From: Synechococcus sp.
Lineage (GTDB): Bacteria > Cyanobacteriota > Cyanobacteriia > PCC-6307 > Cyanobiaceae
Assembly (NCBI GenBank): GCA_047285535.1
Contig: JBJBDC010000001.1
Location: 352,136-416,135, forward strand
Length of the DNA stretch: 64,000 nt
Reading direction: 5' to 3'
In this document: piece by piece, positions 41,997 to 52,220 of the stretch
Position numbering within the stretch: position 1 is the stretch's first letter
Layout of the letters: every line of letters begins with the position of its first letter
Made by a program: the position numbers and the translations under genes
Notes under the pieces: model-generated
What the model was told of the DNA's origin: nothing
Database searches by the model: none
What the model saw: the letters and a program-made list of their open reading frames with translations, nothing else

Positions 41997-42581
41997 TCAA
42001 CAGATCAGAAAACTGCGACGGTCATGAAAGTCTGCGACCTCCCCTGGATGGGAGAGAGCCCAGTAACTGAGACGACCCTTATTGTCTTCCAGAACCATTG
42101 TTAATCCAAGTTCAGGTAGAGCCTCCACTGGCCACCAAGGACGTAGGTTCAATATCACATCACAGCGGAAGTCTCGTCGCTTTCTTCGCACTCTCACCAG
42201 GGGAGACGTTGCCTCTCGCGAGGTTTTGCCTCCACGGCGGTAAGTCTTAAAATTATAAAGATTCCAATCACCTAGGGGGGAAATGTTCAACTCCCAGTAC
42301 TTCTCAGATCCAGGCAATCCGAGAAATGCTTCAAAACAACTGTGTTTCCAGAGATCATCTAAGCGCTGACCACTCGTCAGATCGGATTTCGGCTCTGACG
42401 AAGGCAATGCCAGGTCAAGCAAATCTCCATATCGCTGTGCAGGGCGGATGTTGTAACTCAGTTCAAGAATGCCTTCTTCTCTCCAGATGAATTCCGCGCT
42501 GAGTAAAAGATCAGGAGCCTCTTGAGGATCCTGTGGAAGGAGCGGGCATACTTGCCGGACCATCACTGGATGGCGCGGCAT
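41997..42581 (-). CDS. DOMON-like domain protein
   Basis: R.DDLWKHSCFEAF, Y.ELN.SP.GDWN.Y.F..YR, SYWAL.HP...ADFH. Confidence 0.8.
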   Translation of the reverse strand: MPRHPVMVRQVCPLLPQDPQEAPDLLLSAEFIWREEGILELSYNIRPAQRYGDLLDLALPSSEPKSDLTSGQRLDDLWKHSCFEAFLGLPGSEKYWELNISPLGDWNLYNFKTYRRGGKTSREATSPLVRVRRKRRDFRCDVILNLRPWWPVEALPELGLTMVLEDNKGRLSYWALSHPGEVADFHDRRSFLIC

Positions 42582-42582
42582 T

Positions 42583-43737
42583 TCAACCCACTCCTGATAG
42601 AGAGCGAATCATGAGCTGAATATCGTCCCATTGCGCTTCGATCGATTCAGTTAGCGCAAATTGAACTAATGCTCTGTCCAAATTATGAGATGGTCGCTCC
42701 GTTCGAAAATAACGATCGCCGTCTAAATAGTCAGTTAAAAACCGCAATCCAAGCTCAAATGGAATGAGACGTATGGAGTCTGGTAAATAATAGAAATCCT
42801 CATTCGAGAGAAATGAGCGCCCCATTGTCAGATAGCCTTCAAGAATGGCACGACAGAGATTGAGATCGAATGTGACCGCATCAATCTCGAGGGTCTCTTC
42901 GCCAAGAGAATTACAGCAGGAACGCAGACAATCTCCGATGTCATAGTGAACCAAGCCGGGCTTGACTGTATCAAGGTCAATCAACCCAACTGCACGTCCG
43001 CTGATCTCATCAAGCATGACATTATTGATCTTTGGATCACCATGAATTGGCCGTCTTTTGAGCTCGCCTCGATCACTAGCGGCCTCCAACACATCAACAC
43101 CATCTCGGCGTTTGTCAACAAATTCTATCGCTTTTTTTAGGCGCCCATCGTTGCATAGTCTACTTGAAATAACACCAGAGTCTCGACTCATTACCTTGTC
43201 ATAGTGATCGAGATAAACCGGTGTGATGTGAAAACCTTCCAATGTATCTGCAAGATCAGTGATTGGTAAATCACTGATGAGGTGATGGAACATGCCCAAT
43301 CCATATCCCACCTCCCTGGCATGTTCCACGCCACTGATCACATCACTGGTGGTGGCGGCTCCGATATAGGAGATTGATCGCCAAAATTCTCCGTTATGTT
43401 CCACCCAATGCCCCTCGGTGTCTCGAGTGGGGAGTACCTTTGGAATTTCCCAACGACGGCCTGCCAATTCAGGGGGGGCAGAGGCCAGACGTTGTTGTAC
43501 ATGTGTGCCCAGTGCAAGCAAATTACGCATGACCAGCTCGGGCTTTTCAAAGACTTGTGTATTGAGACGCTGCATGACAAAAGCCTGACGATCCGCATTC
43601 GCAGCCAAGGTGACTAGAAACGTTTCGTTGACATTTCCGGATCCGAGCATGTCAATCGAGGTGATTTGCTCTGGTGGGTGAAACAGTCCTGCAATCGCAT
43701 CCAGGGATGGGTCAAATCTGGAAATGGCGGCCGCCAT
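42583..43737 (-). CDS. APH/choline-kinase-fold phosphotransferase (N-acetylhexosamine 1-kinase-like)
   Basis: G.GNVNETF, QRLN..VF, FH.TP, Brenner motif HGDPKINN, IDLDT, ELGLRFLTDYL.GD.YF. Confidence 0.85.
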   Translation of the reverse strand: MAAAISRFDPSLDAIAGLFHPPEQITSIDMLGSGNVNETFLVTLAANADRQAFVMQRLNTQVFEKPELVMRNLLALGTHVQQRLASAPPELAGRRWEIPKVLPTRDTEGHWVEHNGEFWRSISYIGAATTSDVISGVEHAREVGYGLGMFHHLISDLPITDLADTLEGFHITPVYLDHYDKVMSRDSGVISSRLCNDGRLKKAIEFVDKRRDGVDVLEAASDRGELKRRPIHGDPKINNVMLDEISGRAVGLIDLDTVKPGLVHYDIGDCLRSCCNSLGEETLEIDAVTFDLNLCRAILEGYLTMGRSFLSNEDFYYLPDSIRLIPFELGLRFLTDYLDGDRYFRTERPSHNLDRALVQFALTESIEAQWDDIQLMIRSLSGVG

Positions 43738-43858
43738 AACGAATCGCATGAGTCTCAGCTCGGAACAATGCCGGGTCTCTGGCGTTATGCCACCGCTGAG
43801 TGTGCGGAAAATCAGCCGGGAAGCGGCAGCATGGGATTCGACGATCCGTTTAGCCCCG

Positions 43859-45055
43859 GTGCCGCGCTTTCTTCACACTGCTGACTGGCAAATCGGCAAG
43901 CCTTATCACTGGATCGAGGATCCTCAAAAGCGGGCCCGTCTTCAGCAAGAACGGTTGAACGCGGTTTCACGTATCGCGCTAGCAGCAAGCGAACAGAATC
44001 TTGATGCAGTGATGGTTGCGGGTGATCTATTTGATTCGAGCACTGTTGCTACGGCCATTGTGATGGAAGTGATGGAAGCGATCGCTTCTATTCCTTGCCC
44101 TGTCATTGTGATTCCTGGAAACCATGACCATGGCGGCGCTGGCGGCATCTGGCAGCGCCGAGATGTCCAACGTCAGCGGCAAGAGCGCTGCCCCAATTTG
44201 CAGCTTTTACTGCAACCTGAGCCGCAGCTTCTTGGCGGAATGGTGCTGCTTCCTTGTCCGTTGTTACGACAAAGGGACATGCGCAGCCCAGCAGACTGGC
44301 TGGAATCACTGGATTGGTCCTGCTTACCGAACGATCAGCCCAGGGTCGTTCTCGCTCATGGCTCCGTACAGGGCTTCGGCTCAGAAGGTCAAGTCAATCA
44401 ATTGCATCTCAATCGTTGGCCTGAAGACCAGGTGGACTACATCGCTTTGGGAGATTGGCATGCCCTCACCAAGCTGAATGCACGCGCTTGGTACAGCGGA
44501 ACCCCGGAAACAGATCGTTTCCCGATACGCCATGACGACCAACGAGCGCAAGCACTTCTAGTGACACTGGAAAGACAACAGATACCGGAGGTCACACCAG
44601 TGTCTACAGGAGCCATGCAATGGCACAGCCTCAAAGCCGAGGTCAGCAGTCATGCAGATCTTCAGTATTTAAAAAAAGAGATCGAATCCTGTGTCAGACG
44701 AAGGGTAGGGAAAGACCTCTTGAGGCTTGAGTTAAGCGGTCAGCTTTCCTTTGAAAATTATCAACATTTGCTGCAGCACTTGCAGGATTTGGAGCAACAA
44801 CTTCTCCACTTGAGAATTCGCGGCATGCCTCAGCGCAGACCAGAATCTGGAGAATTTCGAGGGTTTTTGCAACGGGGCGACGACGCACCCTTGATCCAGT
44901 GCATCACGGAACAGCTTGCCGTTGATCTGGAACACAACGTCGACTCAATGAGCGAAGAAGCACAACCTGAACAGGCCATGCTCGAACTCGCCATGCTGGA
45001 ACTCCAGAGGATCGTGATCGAAGAAGCAACAGATCAGGAGGCTTCATGCGGCTGA
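43859..45055 (+). CDS. Mre11/SbcD/YhaO-like metallophosphoesterase nuclease
   Basis: FLHTADWQIG, AGDLFD, PGNHD, LAHG, YIALGDWH, YSGTPE. Start placed at GTG 43859. Confidence 0.92.
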   Translation: MPRFLHTADWQIGKPYHWIEDPQKRARLQQERLNAVSRIALAASEQNLDAVMVAGDLFDSSTVATAIVMEVMEAIASIPCPVIVIPGNHDHGGAGGIWQRRDVQRQRQERCPNLQLLLQPEPQLLGGMVLLPCPLLRQRDMRSPADWLESLDWSCLPNDQPRVVLAHGSVQGFGSEGQVNQLHLNRWPEDQVDYIALGDWHALTKLNARAWYSGTPETDRFPIRHDDQRAQALLVTLERQQIPEVTPVSTGAMQWHSLKAEVSSHADLQYLKKEIESCVRRRVGKDLLRLELSGQLSFENYQHLLQHLQDLEQQLLHLRIRGMPQRRPESGEFRGFLQRGDDAPLIQCITEQLAVDLEHNVDSMSEEAQPEQAMLELAMLELQRIVIEEATDQEASCG

Positions 45056-47697
45056 TTCGCTGTCGATTAGTCAGTGTTCGCAGGCATCAGGAGCTTGAGT
45101 TGGAGTTTGATCCAGGGATCACGTTGATTGGAGGCGACAACGAGAGTGGCAAAAGCTCCTTGGTCGAGGCTTTGCACCGAACACTGTTTGTGCGTGCCGC
45201 CTCAAGTGGGATGGCATCGCAGGATTTGCGCTCCCACATCCATGCAGGACATCCACAAATCAAGATTGAATTCGAATCCAAAGACCATGACTGGACCCTC
45301 CTCAAACGCTTTAGCGGTCCAAGTGGCACGACTCAATTAGCAGCCAAGGGGCAACCGGCTTTGATTGGATCAGCAGCGGAGGATCAACTGTCGGATCTCC
45401 TCGGAGTCAATGAGATCCTCACGAGCCGACAAGTCAATAAAACACTTCCAAGCCGCTGGGCCCATCTCTGGGTGAAGCAGGGGGATTCTGGCCTTAACTT
45501 GCTCAGCCTTGGCCACGATTATTATGACCTCGACAGCTTGATTGAGTGCCTGGAGCAACAGGCTGAGCAATCGCTGCAGTCACCTTTGGATCAGAGGGTT
45601 TACAACCAACTTGAACGCTTGGTTTCCGAGAGCCTGAGTACCAGAGGAGTCCGCCAGCAAAGTGTGCTCTGGAAGCGTCAAGAGGCTTTAAAAGCAGCAA
45701 AGCAACAACACTTTGAAGCCCTCGAGCAGCTCCATGGTTTTGAGGCGTCCTGTCAGGAGCTCGATTCTATTGAGCAGGAGCTAAAAGATTTGGAACAGGA
45801 GCGTTTACCAGAGATCCGAAGGCAACGGAAAGACTTGAGTCAGTTGCAGGAAGCGCTTCAACGACTAAGACCTCTTACCCTTCAATATCAACACCTCGAG
45901 CGGAGTTTCAAGTCCCTCAGGCACATTGCAGCAGATTGCACTACCTATGAAAAAAAACTGAATCTGCTTGAGCAAGAACTTAAAGATCGTGAACAGAATT
46001 GCATCCTTGAAAAAAATCAATTAATTGATTCATATCAGCGAACAGAACAACTAGAGCACAATCGACAAGTCCTAGAAGAAAAGGGTCTGATGCTCAGGCA
46101 AATCAAGGACCGTAATGAAGTCCAGCGGCGCATTCAAATCTGCAGTCATCAAGACAATGAGCGCCAACGTTTGATTGAACAGCAACGCAACATCAATATG
46201 GAACTCACTGCTTTTCAAGGAGGTAGCAACGAAGAACTTCTTGAATTGACCAAAACCAGAGATGAACTTCGTGCCGTGGCAATTCGTATTGAGAGCATGG
46301 CATCTCAAGTCTTGGTGGAATCAACAGATCAACCTATTTACATTGATGGCTCAACTCTGCAGCAAGGTGATGTCTGTGAGCAAGCAGGCATCTTTCGAAT
46401 CGATGTTGGAGACTCTGTACGACTGAAGATCAGTCCTGGTGAAGGAACAGGACTCTCTTCTCTTCAGGAGAAACAAAGGAGACTGCAAAAAATACTCAAA
46501 ACAGGTTTGCAGCATTGGAAATCAAGCTCGATCGAGGAAGCCCAACAGCGGAACGAACGACGTCAGCACCTTCACCAGCAACGAGCGTTGGTTAAGGCTC
46601 AATTAACTCAGCTGAATGCTTCTCCAGAGACTGCTGACATGAACCTCAATGATTTACACACCCGGCTGGATGAACTCAACAAAGTTATTTCCTCTAACAG
46701 TTTTAAATCAGATACAGGTCTTGAAGCAGAGTTGGAACAATGCAGGCAGGATTACCGTGAGTTGAAAGAACAAACTAAGACCCATCAAAAGTATGTTCAC
46801 AGTCTAGAAGTTCAACAGAAAGACCAGCAGCAGCAATGGCAGCAAAAGCGCATTCATCAAGAGCGACTTAAGGCGGAACAAGAACAGCGATATAACCAAC
46901 GTCAATTGATTGAAAAAGAGGCAGGATCGCAAGCGCAACTCGAGCAATCAATGCAAGATTTGATATCGCAAAAAATCAAGTTGGAGGAATACATTCAGGT
47001 ACTTCTCCTGCCAATTCCAACCCAATGGCAATCTGATCCAAAAGCAGCTTTACTGACCCTTGATCGCCTGGAACACCAGTTCAATGAGCAACGGTTGGAC
47101 CTGGTAAGTCGACGTGGTGCTTTGTATGAACGTTGCGATTCTCTTGGGCAAAGTGATCTTCACTCAGCTGTATCTGAGGCCTCTGTCAAACTCGAATTGG
47201 CAGAGCAGGCAGAACAGCGAGAAGCTCTGTTGGTTCGCGCCCGGAGCTATCTTCTGGAACGATTTCAGAAAGCTCGAAGTGATCTGTCTCAGCGCTATTC
47301 TGCTCCTTTAAAAAATAACATTGATGAGGTTCTTAAGCCTTTATTGAAGGACACGTCGCAAGAATGTTCCCTCACCTATGACGAGCGAAATGGGCTGCAA
47401 AAGCTTGCTCTGCTTCGTGAAGGAACTCTTTTTGAATTTCACCAGCTCAGTGGTGGAATGAAAGAACAATTGAATGCAGCTGTACGCATTGCGATTGCTG
47501 ACACTCTGAAAGAAAGGCATGATGGCTGTGTTCCATTGCTTTTTGATGATGCTTTCACAAACACCGATGCGAAACGTTTGCACGGTGTGTTGGCAATGCT
47601 TCAGAAAGCGGTACAAAGGGGATTGCAGGTGATTATCTTGAGCTGTGATCCAGAGCCTTACAAGGCTATCGCTAATAAGGTGATTATGATTGATTAA
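45046..47697 (+). CDS. Rad50/SbcC/YhaN-like SMC-fold ATPase
   Basis: Walker A GDNESGKS, long coiled coil, signature LSGGMKEQ, Walker B LLFDDAF; overlaps the nuclease gene. Confidence 0.9.
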   Translation: MRLIRCRLVSVRRHQELELEFDPGITLIGGDNESGKSSLVEALHRTLFVRAASSGMASQDLRSHIHAGHPQIKIEFESKDHDWTLLKRFSGPSGTTQLAAKGQPALIGSAAEDQLSDLLGVNEILTSRQVNKTLPSRWAHLWVKQGDSGLNLLSLGHDYYDLDSLIECLEQQAEQSLQSPLDQRVYNQLERLVSESLSTRGVRQQSVLWKRQEALKAAKQQHFEALEQLHGFEASCQELDSIEQELKDLEQERLPEIRRQRKDLSQLQEALQRLRPLTLQYQHLERSFKSLRHIAADCTTYEKKLNLLEQELKDREQNCILEKNQLIDSYQRTEQLEHNRQVLEEKGLMLRQIKDRNEVQRRIQICSHQDNERQRLIEQQRNINMELTAFQGGSNEELLELTKTRDELRAVAIRIESMASQVLVESTDQPIYIDGSTLQQGDVCEQAGIFRIDVGDSVRLKISPGEGTGLSSLQEKQRRLQKILKTGLQHWKSSSIEEAQQRNERRQHLHQQRALVKAQLTQLNASPETADMNLNDLHTRLDELNKVISSNSFKSDTGLEAELEQCRQDYRELKEQTKTHQKYVHSLEVQQKDQQQQWQQKRIHQERLKAEQEQRYNQRQLIEKEAGSQAQLEQSMQDLISQKIKLEEYIQVLLLPIPTQWQSDPKAALLTLDRLEHQFNEQRLDLVSRRGALYERCDSLGQSDLHSAVSEASVKLELAEQAEQREALLVRARSYLLERFQKARSDLSQRYSAPLKNNIDEVLKPLLKDTSQECSLTYDERNGLQKLALLREGTLFEFHQLSGGMKEQLNAAVRIAIADTLKERHDGCVPLLFDDAFTNTDAKRLHGVLAMLQKAVQRGLQVIILSCDPEPYKAIANKVIMID

Positions 47698-49226
47698 AGT
47701 GCGTTTTCAATCACATTCATGGCTCGTAGATAGGCAGGTGGATCATTATCAACCTCCATATCCTCCAGGCCTGAATCTCCTCGAATCAGGCGGCGGGCAT
47801 TATCTGCAATGACAGCATTCACTAATAAATCCATCGCTTCAGGTTGTTCAAGATTCTGAATAGCTTCGGCGTATCGACGGCTGTGGGTGGGGCGAACAGA
47901 TTCCTGACAATAAGTTGATAATTGGCGGCTATCAGTCATCACTGAAAAAGCAACTTCTTTGGTAGCTTGTCGCCCATAGATTGCCATATAGAGCAAATTA
48001 ATCATTGACGCATCGTGCACAGGGATTGAATACTTACGCGCAATCTGTGGCCAGTAACGTAGAGCCTTCAATCCTTCTAAGCCACCTTTGCGTAAGCCTG
48101 CTGACTCGCACCAGGACTCCAATTCTTCCATGCTGTGTGGACATCGATTTTCGGTGTGCATCAGGTTTGAGAGCACCTGACCAACCTGAAAGTTTCTCGT
48201 GGGTGTACCCGAAACAGGCATCATCATGCTGCCTCGAACATCGGCGACCATCGCCGTGAGTTGGGCAAATGTATGGTCACGAACTTTTTCCATGTCCCCT
48301 TCGCGCACAAGAGCAGCTTCAATTCTGGGAACGCCGTAACCAAGTTCTGTGAGTGAAAACGGCTGCCGGTTGTAAAGTCGTTGACGATCGCGTCTCGCCA
48401 TCGATACTGTGGCAGCTTGATCTAAACATTGATCAAGAAGAAGCGTGAGCAACGTTGGCAGTACTCCAGGATTGTCCTGGTGAAAGGAGTAACCAAAGCC
48501 TGCAAAAACAGAAGCCATATTTTTCGCGGCCTTGATGTACTGGCCTTCCACGTTGTGCACTCCCGGTGAAACCTGGATGTTGGGCGAGAGTCGGTCGAGC
48601 AAACGCGCACCCAGTAAGGCCGTGAGTGCATTGGGATGACAGAAATTTGCTGTGAAACTGTCGAGAGGATTTCGCAATGCTCCATGACGATGAAAACCTG
48701 AGAAAAAAGCCAAATTTGGCTCTTTCTCACAAAGAACGTAAGACTCATTGGCGATGTGGTCATGACCAAAAGACCCAGCTAGACAGGCAATGACGACTTG
48801 CTCTCTTCCTAGCTCCTGACGCAACCTGCAGGCCTGACGCAGATCGTCTTCGACGTGATTGCTATTGGCACTGAGGATCACCAGCTCGCAGCGCAGTAAA
48901 AGGTCAGCTAATTCATTGGGTACTGGCTTACCGCCGCGCCGATGGGTTGCCATCGCCTCAATCGTTGCCACATGGACTTCATCCATGCCTTGAATCACAT
49001 CATCTGGGAACGCGCCAAGCAAGTTCCGACCTGGTCGCGGAGCCAGTAAGAGGTGCCCAGCGCTATTTTTTTGCATTGCGCAGTTGTAGGCAAGAGAGGC
49101 GGGATAGAGCCCAACGCTGTAGAGCCCAACCTTTCCTTTTTCCAACTCCAGGATGCGGAGGTTGATGGCCTCCCGGTCAAGAGACGGGGAGAAAAATGAA
49201 TTGCTCTTCAGCACCGTGTTCATCAT
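47694..49226 (-). CDS. Conserved hypothetical protein; probable divergent GpsA-like NAD(P)H-dependent dehydrogenase
   Basis: 510-aa ORF with motifs paralleling GpsA in order (see findings). Confidence 0.6.
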   Translation of the reverse strand: MMNTVLKSNSFFSPSLDREAINLRILELEKGKVGLYSVGLYPASLAYNCAMQKNSAGHLLLAPRPGRNLLGAFPDDVIQGMDEVHVATIEAMATHRRGGKPVPNELADLLLRCELVILSANSNHVEDDLRQACRLRQELGREQVVIACLAGSFGHDHIANESYVLCEKEPNLAFFSGFHRHGALRNPLDSFTANFCHPNALTALLGARLLDRLSPNIQVSPGVHNVEGQYIKAAKNMASVFAGFGYSFHQDNPGVLPTLLTLLLDQCLDQAATVSMARRDRQRLYNRQPFSLTELGYGVPRIEAALVREGDMEKVRDHTFAQLTAMVADVRGSMMMPVSGTPTRNFQVGQVLSNLMHTENRCPHSMEELESWCESAGLRKGGLEGLKALRYWPQIARKYSIPVHDASMINLLYMAIYGRQATKEVAFSVMTDSRQLSTYCQESVRPTHSRRYAEAIQNLEQPEAMDLLVNAVIADNARRLIRGDSGLEDMEVDNDPPAYLRAMNVIENAL

Positions 49227-50071
49227 CCCACCTCGTTGCTGACCTCAAGACTAATGAAGGACTTGCAGTGGATGAATCGAAAGCCTAGGGATGATGTCAT
49301 GGTTGCTCCCGATCTTATGAGATCGTCGACTGATTCAACGTTTAACTTCCGCTGCTTCAATCGAATTAGCAATAGCACTTTCTAGTACATGGCACAGCTT
49401 AATTTCGCCTTCCAAGCCACTTGAATATTGATCTGATGATTGTTATTCAAGCTTTTGATTCAGCAGCGATTTATAGCTGAATAATGAAGTCAATGGCATG
49501 ACCCAAAGCCAAGCCGTTAAGGTGAATGCTTTTGAAGGTAAGACTAGATATAAAGCTGATGTGATGCCTTGAAATTTGTATTCAGTCGATCAGTGTTCTG
49601 GTGTCCATCAGTTTTTTCTTGCAATAAGATGCTACGGAAAAACTTGAAGGTCAATTCATGGTTGGCAAGTCATTGTTGACTTCCAACTCTACGTGATAAT
49701 TGTTTGCTTCATTCACAGTTTTGAGTCAGGGGGCTTCCTCATCTTATGACCTTGCTCGAGAGCCAATCACAAAGTGATCATTCCTTTGCGGATCTGACTG
49801 AAGGGTTGATGATTGTGTCATTCAGCTCTACCTGGCCTCTTTACCTAAGTCCTGTCCGTGAATTGATCTGGATCCCTATCCAAGACGACGTACTATCGAG
49901 AATCCTGGTCAGACAATGCCCTACTTTTCAAGCATCCAGACGGCAAAGTTGAGTTTTCTTGCTCCTCAGAAGCATTTCAGACCATCAGTTCATCATTAAA
50001 ATCTGCGCTCTTACCGTGGCGTTCTTGAGCGGTGTTCCTCTCCACTGTCCAATAAGTACTTTTTTGCACCC

Positions 50072-51292
50072 ATGACACCACTAAGCCTTGATGCACTCCG
50101 TGACGAAATGATTGGGGCGAATGACTTGCTGATTGTGCAGGATCTCGATGGTGTTTGCATGCCTCTCGTGAAAGATCCGCTCACAAGGAGTCTTCGTGCT
50201 GACTATGTGCATGCAGTATCCGTCATGCAAAACCACTTCTGCGTGCTCACGAATGGGGAGCATGAGGGCAGGCGTGGTGTTAATCGATTGGTTGAAAAGG
50301 CCTTAGGTGACGATCAATTGGCACAACAGAAGGGCCTCTATCTTCCAGGATTAGCAGCAGGTGGAGTTCAATTTCAGGATCGATTCGGAACGGTCTCACA
50401 TCCTGGCGTCAGCGAAGAGGAAATGAGTTTTCTCGAATCTGTTCCAAAGCAGATGGAAGAACTCTTGCGCTTGAAGTTAAATGAGATCATGCCTGAGCTC
50501 CAAGGCTCTGCTCTTGATGAAGAACTGAATCTTGCAATTCTTGATACTCAAGTTTCCCCGACCATCAATCTAAATAGTCTCTTCAGTATGATCAATGGCG
50601 ATGTGCAACGCCAAAGACAGCTGCAATTGATGTTGTCTGATCTGATGGTATCCATTATCAATGTTGCGACATCGTCGGGATTGCCAAGCTCATTTTTTCT
50701 GCATGTGGCACCCAATCTTGGATGTGACTCCTTCGGCCAAGAAAGGATTAAACCTGCAGAGATTGGGGATGTAGGTACAACTGATATTCAATTTATGCTG
50801 AGAGGCGCCATTAAAGAGGTGGGCCTACTTGTTCTGATCAATCAACACATTGCTCAAAGGACTGGTAAAGCACCGCTTGGTGACACTTTTAATGTGCGCT
50901 CCGCTCCCCATACGCATCAAGCCCTCCTGGAACTCTGTCATCGGCATATTGACCGCAGGGACATGCCCATGCTGGTCGGAGTTGGTGACACCGTGACATC
51001 CACCCCTTGTCCATCGGGAGAAGGGTGGCTGCGAGGCGGAAGTGATAGAGGATTTCTCACCTTGCTGCAAGAACTGAGCGCAAGTTATGACTGCCCTGGT
51101 CGCGTTGTTCTTGTTGATAGCAGTCATGGTGAAGTTGATCGTCCGAGTCTGAGTGACGACAATCTTGTGGGCATTAGCGATCCGCAGGATCCACTGCGCT
51201 TTGACTGCCTGGTCAAGGGAGGTCCGCAGGATTATGTCGAATGGTTTAAAACTCTGGCTGATCAAATAAATGGGTTCGCATGCAACTCATGA
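50072..51292 (+). CDS. stpA: Glucosylglycerol 3-phosphatase (StpA/GgpP)
   Basis: LLIVQDLDGVCM.LVKDPLTR, LTNGEHEG.RGVNR, GTTD.QFML, GVGDTVTS, RGGSDRGFL. Confidence 0.93.
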   Translation: MTPLSLDALRDEMIGANDLLIVQDLDGVCMPLVKDPLTRSLRADYVHAVSVMQNHFCVLTNGEHEGRRGVNRLVEKALGDDQLAQQKGLYLPGLAAGGVQFQDRFGTVSHPGVSEEEMSFLESVPKQMEELLRLKLNEIMPELQGSALDEELNLAILDTQVSPTINLNSLFSMINGDVQRQRQLQLMLSDLMVSIINVATSSGLPSSFFLHVAPNLGCDSFGQERIKPAEIGDVGTTDIQFMLRGAIKEVGLLVLINQHIAQRTGKAPLGDTFNVRSAPHTHQALLELCHRHIDRRDMPMLVGVGDTVTSTPCPSGEGWLRGGSDRGFLTLLQELSASYDCPGRVVLVDSSHGEVDRPSLSDDNLVGISDPQDPLRFDCLVKGGPQDYVEWFKTLADQINGFACNS

Positions 51293-52220
51293 CTGTTTTC
51301 TCAGTTCACATGTTCATTCTCTGGTGAAATTAATGATCTGATTTTTGTTTAAGATTATCAGGGATGGAGTTTTTGTCTGAGGGTTCGAGACCTGTTAGTC
51401 TTTCATGATCGAAAGAAGAGTGCATTGTTTGATGATTTAATTGAGTATTAATGGTTGAGCGTTAAGCGTATTTAATGATTTACGCTTTTTGATTGATAGT
51501 TTTTGGCATGTATGGTTTTGTCTTTGGGTGTCAGGCATGCAAAGAGTCGCCTATCGATTATGCATACTGTTGGCCAGTCAGGAACTTGATAGTCACTTTT
51601 GAAGCCACTAATCCAGTGTCTAGACAGACTTTTTGGACAGGACTAAGTCTTTACGTCTAAATCAAAAACCTGAGTCTTGTCTCAAATGTGATCGTTATAG
51701 AGGGCCGTATCCTGAGGGCTAAATTCTATCCAAGTTTATCATTGAATTCATGAGTAGTACGCATGAATTGATTTGGATTCATGCTTGATATGCATGGATC
51801 TGCGAAACTCATGCATCTACGAATTATTGTATTGCTTCCCTTTAGGCTGATCAGTACAAGTGTGCCGAATGATGGCTTCAGTTAGTTGCTGAATCCATAG
51901 TCATTTCGGTCAATATCTGCCGTTGATTGATTGTTGCTTAACCTAGTGTTGTGATGAAGACGTCGATTAATAACCAGAAAGGCTTAATGGTATAGAACAA
52001 GCCAGTGATATCCGCGCCATAACAATTGCATACCATGAGTCAACAGTACTTCGATCCATGTTTTTGCGATGCAAATCGATGTCTTGTTTGATTCGCAAGT
52101 AGTCAGCCTAAAGAGACGCTGCCTGATATTCAATCAATGAGCTGAATCTTAAGGTTGAGCGTGTTATCCAACTAAATCCAACCCTGTCGTTGGTTCTTTG
52201 TCAGAATTTAGGCACGACGC

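Noticed and set aside
43724..43858. N-terminal extension of the SbcD-like ORF
   Set aside because: Overlaps the divergent kinase start; the family begins at RFLHTAD.
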